Counted from the first letter of the whole stretch, positions 12,787-25,864 are shown. The stretch: 63,572 nucleotides of DNA, filler included, from Reclinomonas americana ATCC 50394 (GCA_048213135.1; 55 parts of 55 records of this genome joined end to end with filler, not necessarily neighbours in it), one strand, 5' to 3'. Numbers and translations: made by a program. The notes: generated by a model not told the origin, from the sequence alone.

Positions 12787-12943
12787 GCCGGTAGGGTCGA
12801 CTGTGGCCATGCTGGCCCTGATCGGGAGCGCGATCGTCCTCGTGATCGCCGCGCTCGTCGCCGAACAGTTCTGCACCCTGCCGAAGGATCCTGATGACTC
12901 AGAACCCAGAGACCGCGCCCCTGAACCCGGCGGAGGGCACTGA
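12787..12943 (+). CDS. DUF3180-like actinobacterial membrane protein C-terminus
   Basis: LVIAALVAEQFCTLPKDPDD motif; lies before the bPH_2 gene pair. Confidence 0.7.
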
Positions 12944-13475
12944 CCTCGACGCCCTCGACCAGGGCACCTACACGCGCCTGCGCACGGCGCGGAACGAGGC
13001 ACGGCTGGAGCTGGACGGCACCTGGCACCAGATCTCCCCGCGCTACGTCGTCTCGCAGATCGTGCAGAACGTGATCTTCATCGTCGTGGTCGTCGTGGCC
13101 GCCGTCGTGCTCAACATCTTCATGGAGCAGGACTGGGTGTGGATCCCCGCCGGTGCGATCCTGCTCTTCACGGTGATCGCGCTCGTCATCCTCCCGCGGC
13201 AGGCCAGGGCCATCGGCTACATGCTCCGTGCCGACGACATCGTCTTCCGCAAGGGCATCCTGTGGCAGCGGATGATCGCCGTGCCGTACGGGCGCATGCA
13301 GCTCGTGGACATCACGCAGGGGCCGCTCGACCGCGCCTTCGGCATCTCGCAGCTGAAGATGGTGACCGCCGCCGCCACCACCGGCGTGCAGATCCCGGGC
13401 CTGACCCAGGCTGCTTCCGAAGCGCTGCGCGACACCCTCATCGAAGTGGCCGAGACCCGCCGGACCGGCCTGTGA
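12894..13475 (+). CDS. Bacterial PH (bPH_2) domain membrane protein, YdbS-like
   Basis: Two TM helices, then GILWQRMIAVPYGRMQLVDITQGPLDRAFGI. Confidence 0.9.
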   Translation: MTQNPETAPLNPAEGTDLDALDQGTYTRLRTARNEARLELDGTWHQISPRYVVSQIVQNVIFIVVVVVAAVVLNIFMEQDWVWIPAGAILLFTVIALVILPRQARAIGYMLRADDIVFRKGILWQRMIAVPYGRMQLVDITQGPLDRAFGISQLKMVTAAATTGVQIPGLTQAASEALRDTLIEVAETRRTGL

Positions 13476-13846
13476 GCGAGCAGCAGTTCCCCGCCGCGCC
13501 GAACGCACCGGCGCCCACGCAGGTCGGCGACCCGTCGACGACCCTGGCGGACGGCGAATGGCACCGGATGCATCCGCTGACGCCCCTGTTCAAGGGCGGG
13601 CTGGTGCTGATCATCGTCGCCGGCGTCCTGATCGCGAACATGCGCGACCGGATCATCACGTGGCTGGTGACGCTCTTCACGCCGGAAGAGGTGCACTACA
13701 GCGACTACGCCGGTCGAGACCCGGTCGACTGGGTGTTCGAGAACAACCTGATCCTGCTGGTGCTCCTCGGAGTCCTCGGTCTCGTGGTCGTGCTGGTGCT
13801 CGTCTTCTGGATGCTGTGGCGGTTCCATCAGTTCCGCATCACCGGC
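13472..13846 (+). CDS. YdbT-like PH-domain membrane protein N-terminus (3' partial)
   Basis: GTGA start/stop overlap; WHRMHPLTPL motif plus TM helices. Confidence 0.85.
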
Positions 13847-13946
13847 NNNNNNNNNNNNNNNNNNNNNNNNNNNNNNNNNNNNNNNNNNNNTTAATTAATT
13901 AANNNNNNNNNNNNNNNNNNNNNNNNNNNNNNNNNNNNNNNNNNNN

Positions 13947-15008
13947 CAGCAAGAGAAGCGGCGAGAATGAGTGAAAGCGAAAGAGGTGAATGAAACAGGA
14001 AATACAAAGCAATGCGAGTGGGCGGAATGATATGCATCAGGAGATTCCACGCACGCAGACACACACAGCCGTGCGTGCTCTCAGCCAGAGAGGAGGACGA
14101 GGAGAGGAAGGGAGGCGAAGAGGGATATGTGTGGGCGGAAGAATTGCTCAATCACGCGGAGCAATGCACGAAAACACGCAACACGTATGGCGAGAGAGGA
14201 GGAGGAGGAGAGGGAGAGAGTGAGAGAGAAGAGAAGAAAGGGAGGCGAAGAGAAAGGAAGAGAAAGGAAGGGAGGTAGAATTATGCAATCAAGAGGAGCA
14301 ATGGCGAGTCAATGCACACAGTGACACACAGTCATTCTCTCGGCAAGAGGAGGAAGAGGAGAGGAAGGGAGAGGAAGGGAGGCGAAGGTAGGTGAAGATG
14401 CATTGCGTGTGGGCGGAAGAATTGTACCATTACGAGGGGGCAGTGGCGAATCCAAGCACGAAGACACGCAACACACACGGCGAGAGAGGCGACGCGATAT
14501 ATAGTGAGTAAGAATGAGACAGCAAGGGAGGTAGGGAGTGGAGAGAGGAAGGGAGAGTAAGGGAGGAAGGGAGAGGAAAGGAGAGGAAGATGGGAGGAAG
14601 AATTGTGCAATCACGCGGAGCACTGGTGAGTCAATGCACACAGATACACACAGCCGTGCTCTCAGCAAGAGAGGAGGACGAGGAGAGGAATGGAGGCGAA
14701 GAGGGATGCGTGTGGGCGGAAGAATTGCTCAATCGCGCAGAGCAGTGGCGAGTCAATGCACGAAGACACGCAACACGTATGGCGAGAGAGGAGGAGGAGA
14801 GGAAGGTACGGGAAAGGGAGAGAGCGTGATTCGTGTCGGAAGAGTTGTGCAATCACGCGGAGCAGTGGCGAGTTGATGCACGTAGATACACACAGCCGTG
14901 CTCTCAGCAAGAGAGGAGGAAGAGAGAGTGTGTGTGAGAGAGCTGGGAGAGAGGAATGGAGGAAGGGAGAGGAAGAGAGAGAGAGAGAGAGCAATCAAGC
15001 GGAGCAAT
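13947..15008. repeat. Complex higher-order repeat family, copy 1
   Basis: ~70-bp core GGAAGAATTG(T/C)(G/T)CAATCACGCGGAGCA(G/A)TGGCGAGT(C/T)(A/G)ATGCAC... recurring every ~115-185 bp between purine-rich spacers. Confidence 0.9.
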
Positions 15009-15115
15009 NNNNNNNNNNNNNNNNNNNNNNNNNNNNNNNNNNNNNNNNNNNNTTAATTAATTAANNNNNNNNNNNNNNNNNNNNNNNNNNNNNNNNNNNN
15101 NNNNNNNNGTCGTCG

Positions 15116-15192
<77 letters not shown>

Positions 15193-15742
15193 GCCTCTGT
15201 TCCTCCCATGGACTGACCGACCGACCGCACGCAGTCGCATGGCCGACTTCTTTACGCATCTCGCCGAGACGGTCGAGGTGCGTGCTTCACCGTCGTCGGG
15301 AACCGCAGGACCGACGGTGGAAAAGACGGTGACACGTGCGTCGCTGGTCGCACAAGTGCAAGCCGAGGTGGCGCAGGCTATTGGGTGCGCCCCGGAGGTG
15401 GTGCAACTATGTCGCGATGAGCCGGCGAGGTGCATTCAATCCCTTGCTCTCGTCACGCTGTCTCCTTTCTTATACTTCCCCCCACAGCGGAGAGACGCTT
15501 CCGGTGGCCTCGCAAGCAGAAGCCGACGCAGCATTCTCCACTCCCAGCAGCGTTGGCGAGCTCGGGCGACATTTGCACCTGTGCTACACACTGGCCACGT
15601 AACGCACCCCGCACCAACCAGCAGCCCTCACATCACAGCAATCGCAAGCCAGTGTAATTGGCCGCTGCCAGTCTCTAAAACGAAAACGGAGAGCAGAAGA
15701 GAGAGAGGGAGGAAGAGAGAGAGAGAGAAAACAACGCTGTGG

Positions 15743-16166
<424 letters not shown>

Positions 16167-16275
16167 CATNNNNNNNNNNNNNNNNNNNNNNNNNNNNNNN
16201 NNNNNNNNNNNNNTTAATTAATTAANNNNNNNNNNNNNNNNNNNNNNNNNNNNNNNNNNNNNNNNNNNNGCCTCT

Positions 16276-17328
16276 TCACTTGGCGGGAGCGGCCTTGCCG
16301 AGGGTCTCGATCGCCTTGGCGACGAAGCGCTCGTCGACGACCTTGGCCATGTCGAGCGGCTTCTCGTATTCGGTGCGGCCGTTCTCGCGATGGACACGCT
16401 CGATATCGGCAAGGCCGGAGGTCGGGATCGCCATGTTCGGATCGAAGACGATGGCGCCGCCGCCCTTGATCGCCTCCGCCGTCGACGGCGTGAACTTGAG
16501 ATAGGCGTCCATATTGGCCTGCGAGAGATAGTCGGCGCCCTGCATCAGCCGGGCCGCCTCGGTCATCGCCAGAACGAAGCGCTCGGCCACCTCCGGCCGC
16601 TCCTTGAGGAACTTGCCGGAGGCGACGAAGGCGACCGTCATCAGCCCGGGCGTGATGTCCTGCACCAGGAGCTTGCCGGTGCCGGCCTTGAGGATCTGGT
16701 CGGAATAGGGCGATGAGGTCAGCACCGCATCGACCGATTTACCCTCCATCGCCGCCGGCATGTCGGCATTGCCGACATTGAGCAGTTGTGCGTCGCGCAA
16801 GGTCAGCTTGGCGCTCTCCAGCGCCTTGCTGACGAAATACTCGCCGCCGCTGCCCGGCCCGCCGGCCGCTGCGATGCGCTTGCCCTTGAGATCGGCGACG
16901 CTCTTCACCGCGCCGCTCTCGATCAGGTCCGTGCGGACGATCAGCTTGGTCGGCCCGTCCGTCATCGGATCGAGCGCGCCGGGCGCGATCACCCGGATGT
17001 CGAGCCCGCGATTCCAGGCCGACCAGAGCGAGGCGACGATCGCGATGCCGCCGACATCGACCGAGCCCTTGTCGAGGAAGGCGATCGCCTCGGTGCCGGA
17101 CTTGACGCTGTCGAGCTTGACGTCAAGCCCGTATTTCTTGAACAGCCCGCGCGCCTCGGCGATATAGGCGGTGGCGAACTTGGTGATCGGCACATAGGCG
17201 ACGCGCACCGCCTGTGGCGGGTCGAGCGGCTTCAATGCCGGCGCCTGCGCCAAAGCGGATGAGACCCCGGCAAGGCCGAGGAACAGGGCGGCACAGGCGC
17301 TGCGCCAGCGGGCAAATCCAAACGACAT
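16276..17328 (-). CDS. ABC transporter substrate-binding protein, NitT/TauT/SsuA family (Rhizobiales-like)
   Basis: Signal peptide; YIAEARGLFKKYGLDV; VKSVADLKGKRIA; intronless, high GC. Confidence 0.9.
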   Translation of the reverse strand: MSFGFARWRSACAALFLGLAGVSSALAQAPALKPLDPPQAVRVAYVPITKFATAYIAEARGLFKKYGLDVKLDSVKSGTEAIAFLDKGSVDVGGIAIVASLWSAWNRGLDIRVIAPGALDPMTDGPTKLIVRTDLIESGAVKSVADLKGKRIAAAGGPGSGGEYFVSKALESAKLTLRDAQLLNVGNADMPAAMEGKSVDAVLTSSPYSDQILKAGTGKLLVQDITPGLMTVAFVASGKFLKERPEVAERFVLAMTEAARLMQGADYLSQANMDAYLKFTPSTAEAIKGGGAIVFDPNMAIPTSGLADIERVHRENGRTEYEKPLDMAKVVDERFVAKAIETLGKAAPAK

Positions 17329-17440
17329 CCNNNNNNNNNNNNNNNNNNNNNNNNNNNNNNNNNNNNNNNNNNNNTTAATTAATTAANNNNNNNNNNNNNN
17401 NNNNNNNNNNNNNNNNNNNNNNNNNNNNNNCCTCGTCACT

Positions 17441-17479
<39 letters not shown>

Positions 17480-18016
17480 ATCGCTTTCTGCATCATCCGC
17501 TTTTCTCTTCCAACCCCACACACAAACAAGCACAGAGACAGAGACAGTTTCTGTAAAGAAACGAGAGTGGATGACGCAGAGGGCGGGAGGGAAGGGAAAG
17601 AGAGCGCGGGAAGGTGAGACGAAAGCGAGTAATCATTTCAGTACTCTCCGGCTGTTGACGAATTCACACCCCACAAACAAACAGGCATGGAGATTGTATC
17701 TGTCATGAGAATGATTTCTCAGCTCTCTCTCGCCTCCTGCATCTTCCCCTCTCGTTTTCTCCTTTCTATCACCCTCCTCGCAACCCACACACAAACAAGC
17801 ACAGAGAGAAAGTTCCCGTTGCCATGATTCTCTGTTTCTCGCGCTCTCTATTCACTCTCTTACCCCTCGCCTTCTACATCATCCGCTTCCGTTTTCTTTT
17901 CTCAGGTTGTTGCCGTCCTCTCACAACAATCACAGAGAAATTTTGCGTGCCTCTCTCTCTTCCCCTCCTCCTCTCTCTCCCTCTCCCCTTCCCCTCCCCC
18001 TTCTTCCCACACTCAC

Positions 18017-18348
18017 CAGCCAAAACATCGCACGACGACGGGCAAAGTACGCGCTCCCCGACAACGCCGTGAAAATGGCCGCGGTGCCGACCACCGCCCG
18101 CATCACGATTGCGCTGCCCTCCACATCCGTCGCCAACACCATTTCGATCAGCGGCGCAATGCTCATTCCCTGCATGGCGCCAAACGCCGCCAGCAGCGCC
18201 CACCGACGCGCATTGATCACGGGACCCGTGTGCATCACTGCCAGCATGCATCCGATGACGCCGAGGAAGCAGAGAATGGAGGGGAGAGGGAGGATCCACG
18301 CGTGCAGCGCGACGCCAATGGCCGCGCTCACGGAGCACACGGCGAGGG
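18017..18348 (-). CDS. Bax inhibitor-1 (TMBIM6-like) internal exon
   Basis: RWALLAAFGAMQGMSIAPLI, AVVGTAAIFTALSGSAYFARRRAMFWL; CAG and GTGAGT boundaries. Confidence 0.85.
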
Positions 18349-18592
18349 CTGCAAGAGGGGGAGAAGGTGGGTGAGGGATGGGGAAGGAGGGGTGAAGGAG
18401 GGGTGAAGGAGGGGTGGAGGAGGAGGAGGAGGAGGAGGAGGAGGAGGAGGAGGAGGAGGAGGAGGAGGAGGAGGAGGAGGAGGAGAGAGAGGNNNNNNNN
18501 NNNNNNNNNNNNNNNNNNNNNNNNNNNNNNNNNNNNTTAATTAATTAANNNNNNNNNNNNNNNNNNNNNNNNNNNNNNNNNNNNNNNNNNNN

Positions 18593-19038
18593 TGCCGAGG
18601 AAGAGACGCGACCCATATCGAGAACGAGTGTGTCTTCGAGTGTGGGTGGGGCCAGCGGCGGATCGAGTCGCTGTGTGTGAGACGATTGTGGCGGCCACTC
18701 CGCCTGAGGGTGTGTTGTGGATGGTGCTGTGCTGTCCACCGGAGGATGCGGTGTTCTATGGCTTGCCGAGCTACGAGCCGCGCAAGTTGACGATTGAATG
18801 GGCCGTACCAGAATGGGCCATTACCGAGTACAATGTCGACAACTTCGACTTTGACAACTTCCTGGCAGATCCCTCTATCGGCGCGACATACGATCCAGCC
18901 TTATTCGGCTCCAAACGTTTTCCAGACGCCCAGACGATATCTGCAGACGTGAAGAGCGCTCATCTGCACGAGCTCATCTGCACGGACTCTGGCGTCGCCG
19001 ACGGTGCTGGCGCGGAATGTGGGCACTCGCGTGACTGA
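18593..19038 (+). CDS. Hypothetical protein fragment
   Basis: Globular-looking ORF of more than 140 aa; no motif recognised. Confidence 0.4.
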
Positions 19039-19753
19039 CCGATCTCTCTCGGTTTGTCGGCACCCTCGCACGACTTGAGGAGGTGTGTTTTAACGAGTGG
19101 AGTCTATGTCGTTGTTTGTGTCTCTTGAGTGTTTGGAGAAGATTGCACGTCTCTCGCTGCTTGTTGCGCGGTTTGTGCTTGGTTGTATTTGGTTGGAAAC
19201 TGCAATTTCTATCGATATTCTGCATGTTTTGCACTGCATGCAGCAACAGTGATCTTACATGCTCACGCATCTTTGACTACCATGCAGGTCCAGCGTTGGC
19301 GGTGGTGGTGCGCTCTTGAAACGAAGTACAAGACCACATTTGCTCTCCGAAATTTTGACTGTAAGCGGGCGTGGTGCTCCCGGCTTCCTTGCCTCATGAT
19401 GAGCGCAGCATCTGCTTCCGCGTCGCGCACTCACCAGTCGCACACCCAACGACACCGACGACGACGACGACGACGACAACGCAGCGGCACTGCGAAGGAT
19501 GATTCTCACTCAGCAACAACCACGACAGTCACATCTCTCCCCGAGAGTGCCACTGCGCCGGTGGAGACTGCATCGCTCAGTCCATCAGCGGCAGCTGGCA
19601 GCCGTGCGACCTCCCGCAGACGGCGTGCAACGCCCCACTTTCGTGTGCCTCTCNNNNNNNNNNNNNNNNNNNNNNNNNNNNNNNNNNNNNNNNNNNNTTA
19701 ATTAATTAANNNNNNNNNNNNNNNNNNNNNNNNNNNNNNNNNNNNNNNNNNNN

Positions 19754-20813
19754 CGTCGAAAACCTATTCTGAGCTCACCAAGCGCTCTCGTGGCACAGAC
19801 AATTGACTCCAGAGAAGCCAGCCTGGCAGAGACAGGCTCCAGTCGACGATGTTGGGTCACAAACGCCATGACCGCTAGTACGGAGAACACACACGCTCGG
19901 TCGGGAGCCCGCTCATGGACGACGAACGGCAAAAAAGCACACTTACCAGTACGACTCAATGCATTGGCAATTCGAACCGCCGTACCCTTCACGGCAGCGG
20001 CAGGATCCGTCACGAGCCGTTGGCTCACACGTTGAGTTCGAACCGCTACAATTACAAGAATTTTGTTGAGTGTCGCTCGCAACAGCAGTAAGTTCACACC
20101 AAAAATGTTGCAAACCAGTCGCGCTCCCGGCAGCCGCAGTTGGCACCACCAAAACCAGGTGGACAAATGCAGGAACCATCACTTGCACTGGGATTGCAGA
20201 AGCCGCCGTTTTGGCTGCGTGTGGAATACGGAGCTATTAAGAATCATTATCTCGCATTTCAAGGCTTGGTACATACCACTCGCTCTGTCGGCATGCGCAA
20301 TTGGCGCCTCCGAAACCCGCTGCGCACTGGCACGATCCGTCAACCGCAGTTGGATTACAGAAACCACGAGTACCGCTGCGCATGACTACTTGTGAGTGAC
20401 TGGTGTTCATTTGGACTGTGAACGAGTTTGCACAAACCAGCTGGCTTCGACGCAGGCGCTGTCAGAAAGAGATTAGCACTAATAACGAAAGGTGACACAA
20501 GAGCATTGTCTTCGACGCTGACTTACCAGTTTGCACCACCACGGCCAGGCAAGCACGTGGTTCCGCACGATCCGTCAGACGCGGCTGCAGCACACGTTGT
20601 TCCGAGAGCAGCACTGACAGAGGAACCAATATGAAGTCGGTGATCGAGAACGCACTCATGATCGAATAGTGGATCGAGACTCACCATGTCGACACGCTGC
20701 ATGCACAGTTCGCACCAGCGAATCCCGCTGGGCAAGAGCACTGGCGGGACACCGGATCGCACACACCTCCGTTGAGGCTGACAGAGGTAGGTGTAAGAGA
20801 ATAACAGCGTGTA
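19754..20813 (-). CDS. EGF/laminin-type Cys-rich repeat protein with short introns, copy A
   Basis: Repeated C-N-P..DGSC.C..GFGGANC.C units (FCNPTAVDGSCQCAAGFGGANC; CEPTARDGSCRCREGYGGSNC). Confidence 0.75.
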
Positions 20814-21089
20814 NNNNNNNNNNNNNNNNNNNNNNNNNNNNNNNNNNNNNNNNNNNNTTAATTAATTAANNNNNNNNNNNNNNNNNNNNNNNNNNNNNNN
20901 NNNNNNNNNNNNNCACGAACAGGAAACCGCGCAGCTTGTCAAAGACAACTTGCCACAACTGCGTGGTCAGAGCTACGGTGGACGTTACTGTTAAAGTTGT
21001 GACATTTCCATTATCGATGTTGATGCGCCTACAAGACTCGCGTGTTAGGCAAGGCTATTAGCGAAAACAACTGCAGGCATGTGGGGCCG

Positions 21090-21882
21090 AACCGTAGAGG
21101 TCCTTGATGGGTAACATAGGCCACACGAGCAGTGAAGTCAATTGCGATACCCTGCGGACCAGAGAACTGGCCACTGGCCAGCGTGGTGACTTGCCCGTCA
21201 ATAAGCTTTCGCACAACGTCGTTGCTCTGCGGTAAGAGAGCTTGAGCACAACGGGCATCAATTGAATCCTGAGCTTAGCGTGCGAGTAACTTTGTCAGCG
21301 ATGTACACCTCCAATCCAAGGGGATCCACCGCCACTGCATTCGGGCTGCGACAGACAGCAGTTAGCATATCTGTGCACCGAAACAACGGCTTGCGAGCGG
21401 TGACACGGACAAGCGGAACAAGGCAGATGCCGCTGGTCCGTTTTGCAGGCCTAGAGAGTTGTGCACGCCGGCGATTGTTGACACGACGGCTCCGGGACTG
21501 ATCTTTCTGATTGTCTGGGCGCTAAAGTGACATGCGTAAGTGAGATAGTACAAGGGATGCACGCTGTGCTTTTCGGGCACTCACATTTGATCCGGGATGA
21601 AGACGTTGCCAATGTCGTCGGCGGCGCCAGCCTGTAAGCGGACACGAGCATCAGTTACCCGGCTCGTAGCTGAGCGAGGAAAAAGAAGAACGCAACAGCT
21701 GGCCCGCCAAATCGTGCCGCCGATCCCACACCATTATTCGGGCCATTCTGCCCTAATGCTCCAGCTAGGGTCGCCACCACCGGCTGTGCGTCGAACGGCG
21801 AAGTCGACAGCTCAAACCTCGGAGTCACGCCACTGGATTGCGCCCTGCCGACCAGAGTGGCACTCGACATAGTGACATCTCC
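21090..21882 (-). CDS. NHL-repeat beta-propeller protein, multi-exon
   Basis: VATLAGALGQNG..NGVGSAARF; TIRKISPGAVVSTIAG; PNAVAVDP..VYIAD; FSGPQGIAID. Confidence 0.85.
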
Positions 21883-22071
21883 AACAGGCAGCGTGCTCAC
21901 AATTCCCGCGGCTGTGAGGTGATAGAAAACCTGTCAGGGAAAGCAATGCAAAGGACGGGGGGGGGGGGGGGNNNNNNNNNNNNNNNNNNNNNNNNNNNNN
22001 NNNNNNNNNNNNNNNTTAATTAATTAANNNNNNNNNNNNNNNNNNNNNNNNNNNNNNNNNNNNNNNNNNNN

Positions 22072-23010
22072 GTACCACAGTTGCTCGTGTTGCTGCTGAG
22101 GTTGACGCACGAGCCATTGCAGCACGACTGCCCAGTGGGACACACCTTGCCACAAGTGCCACAGTTGTTGGCATTGCTGGCGAGATTGGTGCAGACGCCG
22201 CTGCAGCATGACTGGCCAGTGGGGCACACGTTGCCGCACGAGCCGCAGTTCTTGACGTCGGTGGCGTAGTTGCTGATGGCATAACACACGCCGCTGCAGC
22301 ACTCCTGACCGGCGGCGCACGACTTGCCACACGTACCACAGTTGCTCGTGTTGCTGCTGAGGTTGACGCACGAGCCATTGCAGCAGGCTTGGCCGGCTGC
22401 GCACACCTTGCCACAAGTGCCGCAGTTGTTGATGTCGCTGCTGGAACTGACACACTTGCCACTGCAGCACGACTGGCCAGTGGGGCACACGTTGCCGCAC
22501 ACGCCACAGTTGCCGACATCACTGCTGGTTTGGGCACATAGGCCAAAGCAGCACGTAAAGGACGCTGCGCAGGCACTTGTGCTGCAGAGCACTGCATGCA
22601 CATGAAACTCGGTAAGCATAAATTCGCAAGTCACTGCAACACGTACACGTACACCACAGATTTGGAACGGTACTCACACTGCGCCTCCACTCGGAGTCCA
22701 GTGAGACCGTCGGTATTCTGGATTTTTACCGACAGCACATTGCCGGCCTTTGGAAGCCATCCTGTCACCGTCACCCACGGATGGTCGGAGAGAGCACGCG
22801 TGGCGTCCGACCACGAGGGATAGGGCACTGCAAGAAGATCAGAGCTGCCAGCAGGCGTCAGTTGCACAAAGGTGCTTGTCGGCTCGGCAGAAATATAGTC
22901 TCCCACAAGTCGAATCTGCAGGATTGTTTTGCTCGGATCGTAGCCCGTCATGTCAAAGCTGGTGGTGTACTTCAATGTCATGTTGTCCCACGCATAGGGG
23001 GCCTTGCTGC
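22072..23010 (-). CDS. Beta-sandwich (lectin-like) domain followed by tandem Stig1-like Cys-rich repeats
   Basis: GNVLSVKIQNTDGLTGLRVE, then about six repeats of CV..SSD/N..NCG.CG..C..GQ.CC.G.C. Confidence 0.8.
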
Positions 23011-23056
23011 TTCTGGCTGTGCGGCAGAAACAAGTGTTTTAGTTCGTGCTGAACGA

Positions 23057-23110
<54 letters not shown>

Positions 23111-23232
23111 CTACTACACGAGTACGGGTAANNNNNNNNNNNNNNNNNNNNNNNNNNNNNNNNNNNNNNNNNNNNTTAATTAATTAANNNNNNNNNNNNN
23201 NNNNNNNNNNNNNNNNNNNNNNNNNNNNNNNA

Positions 23233-23306
<74 letters not shown>

Positions 23307-23538
23307 CCACGCACCATCACGAGCCTCGTTCAGCTGCACCACCAATTCCTCCTCCACATCTCTGCCAATCTGCAACCGCCGCACAAACTGGTGCAACTCG
23401 CCCTCTCCCTCTCCTCCTCCTCCGAGCAGAGACACAAAGAGTGCACGAGCTCGGGCAGGTCTCTCTCTACCTCCCTCCCTCCCTCTCTCTCTCTCGTCCT
23501 CCTCCCTCTCTCTTTCTCGGCGTCTCTCTCCCTTGCCG

Positions 23539-23572
<34 letters not shown>

Positions 23573-23642
23573 CCTTCCCTCTCCCTTTCTCCCTCTATTC
23601 CCCTTCCCCTCCCCCTCCTTCCCTCCCTTCCCCTCCGCTCAC

Positions 23643-24075
23643 CTTGCCATAATAATCCGGCGCAGTCTCCACATCCGCAAACGTAAACGGCGCCAAAAAG
23701 TCAGTCGGCACCGGTCCAATGCCCGGGAACGCCAGGCAGCACTTGAACGCCGTGCCAGGCTGGTACAGATACGTGCCCTGCGAGTTGAAGAAGATCTACA
23801 TGCATGCACAGAGAGAGTCAGAGTCACAATCGGAGAAATCGCTGGCAAAGAGTGAGAGGCGCAACATCGCAAGGGTACTTGACAGAGTCGCCACCGAGGT
23901 TGATGCAGTTGGCGAGGTACTCTGTCAATCAGTGTGAGTGAGTGGGAGACAGTGTGTGAGAGTGAGAAAAACGCAACGAATGCGCTGCGCCTTCAGTGAG
24001 CTGTCGTAGCGCGAGTAGAACATGGCGGTGGAGTTGAAGAGCGGCGGGTCGGTGAGCATGAGACCAAACGGAGTG
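23643..24075 (-). CDS. Possible ependymin-related (EPDR) protein, three exons
   Basis: Spliced: FYSRYDSSLKAQRIQYLANC..PCDIFFNSQGTYLYQP..CCLAFPGIGPVPTDFL. Confidence 0.5.
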
Positions 24076-24148
24076 CTGCAGGAAAGCGCACAGAGAGTGA
24101 GTGAGTGTGGAGTGACATGATGCAGCAGTCAGTGAAGAGAGCGGAAGG

Positions 24149-24250
<102 letters not shown>

Positions 24251-24253
24251 CTA

Positions 24254-24289
<36 letters not shown>

Positions 24290-24556
24290 NNNNNNNNNNN
24301 NNNNNNNNNNNNNNNNNNNNNNNNNNNNNNNNNTTAATTAATTAANNNNNNNNNNNNNNNNNNNNNNNNNNNNNNNNNNNNNNNNNNNNCCTCCCTCCCT
24401 CTCTCTTGCCCACTGACACGGAACAAGTGGTGGGCTCATAGAAGATGAGGTGCTCCAGGTCGACACGTCTCTCTTTCTTTCTCTCTCTCTCCCTCCCTCT
24501 CTTTCTCTCCCTCTCTCGCTCCCTCCCTCCCTCTCTCTTGCCCACTGACACGCAAC

Positions 24557-25379
24557 AAGTGGTGGGCTCATAGAAAATGAGGTGCTCCTGGTCGTGCTCA
24601 CGAATGGCCGCCGACACGATATCGTAAAAGGGCATCAGGTTCTTCTGCCCGGCCACACCCGGCAGGAACAGATCGGGGTCGGCATACACATCGCCAGCGA
24701 ACGGCTGTTAGTGCGCAACGGAGGAGGGGATGAGATAGGATGAAAAAGCACCGCTCAACAACACAGTCGTCACCTCATTGATGATCTCCAATCCGAGGAC
24801 ATTGGTGTTGCCGGCCCATTGCTTGGCCGATTCACGCCAGAAGCCGACAAAGTCGTCGCGCATGCCGTGATTGTTGGAGAAAATGTCCTGGAAGCAACGC
24901 GCGGATGCCTCCGTGACCTCGTTCATCTGCGGGCAACTCATCAGCTGGAGGGAGATAGAGAGAGGCAAGTATGGTTGCAGACGCAACTCCCCACTGACGC
25001 GACCAGCATGGACCGTCGAGCGGCCATGGGAAGGCGTGGTCGGGAACCGACTTGTTGATGGTCCACAATGGGAATCCTGTATGAAGATCAGAAAATGCGT
25101 AAGTTCTGCCAACTACATTATCTCGTTCGCTCACCGTCGTACAGGCAGAACTTGGTTGACAGGACGTCCTGATGCACATCCAACAGCGTGTAGATGCCGC
25201 TGAATGCACATGGAATGAGCGATGGAGTGAATAAGAGAGGGACGAATTAAGCGACGCACCGCGAGGCCAGCTTGGCCACCACCGCCTGCTGCATCGCCAG
25301 GTAGGTGCTGTTGAAGACGCCGGGGGCGGGCTCGAAACCGGTAAACATCCAGCCGACGCGAATCACATTCATGCCCCAG
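24557..25379 (-). CDS. Endoglycoceramidase-like GH5 glycoside hydrolase, five exons
   Basis: WGMNVIRVG, GIYTLLDVHQD, GFPLW, GLEIINE|PFAG (catalytic NEP), AGQKNLMPFYD, IFYEP. Confidence 0.9.
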
Positions 25380-25864
25380 CTACACGAGGAAACGTGAGAT
25401 GGGAGACTTGCTAAAGAAACGAGAGGAGGACGTGGGTGAACCTGGCAANNNNNNNNNNNNNNNNNNNNNNNNNNNNNNNNNNNNNNNNNNNNTTAATTAA
25501 TTAANNNNNNNNNNNNNNNNNNNNNNNNNNNNNNNNNNNNNNNNNNNNAAGCTTGCAGGATTTCCGCTTGACGCCAGATCACGCCATGCGCATCATTTAC
25601 GCGCAGCGTTGAGAGTTTCCTTTTGTGGAGTGCATCACGGCCCCTTCTTGGTCTCCAGTGCACGGTTGCGCGACAGAATGGTGCGCGCGGAGTAGAAGGC
25701 AATTACGGGTAGGATGCAGGAGTGGGAGTGAAAAAAACACGAAACAACAACAACAAGACCATACGCAGTTATCCGCTTGTACACTGCAGCATGCGGAGAG
25801 AGCAAGCGGAGACAGATGATAGAAAGCAGCGAGGGACGGGAGAGAGAAAAATGGCAGGGCAGCT

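Noticed and set aside
13947..15008. CRISPR array
   Set aside because: The cores are too long and degenerate, the spacers are low-complexity purine tracts homologous between copies, and no cas gene is present.
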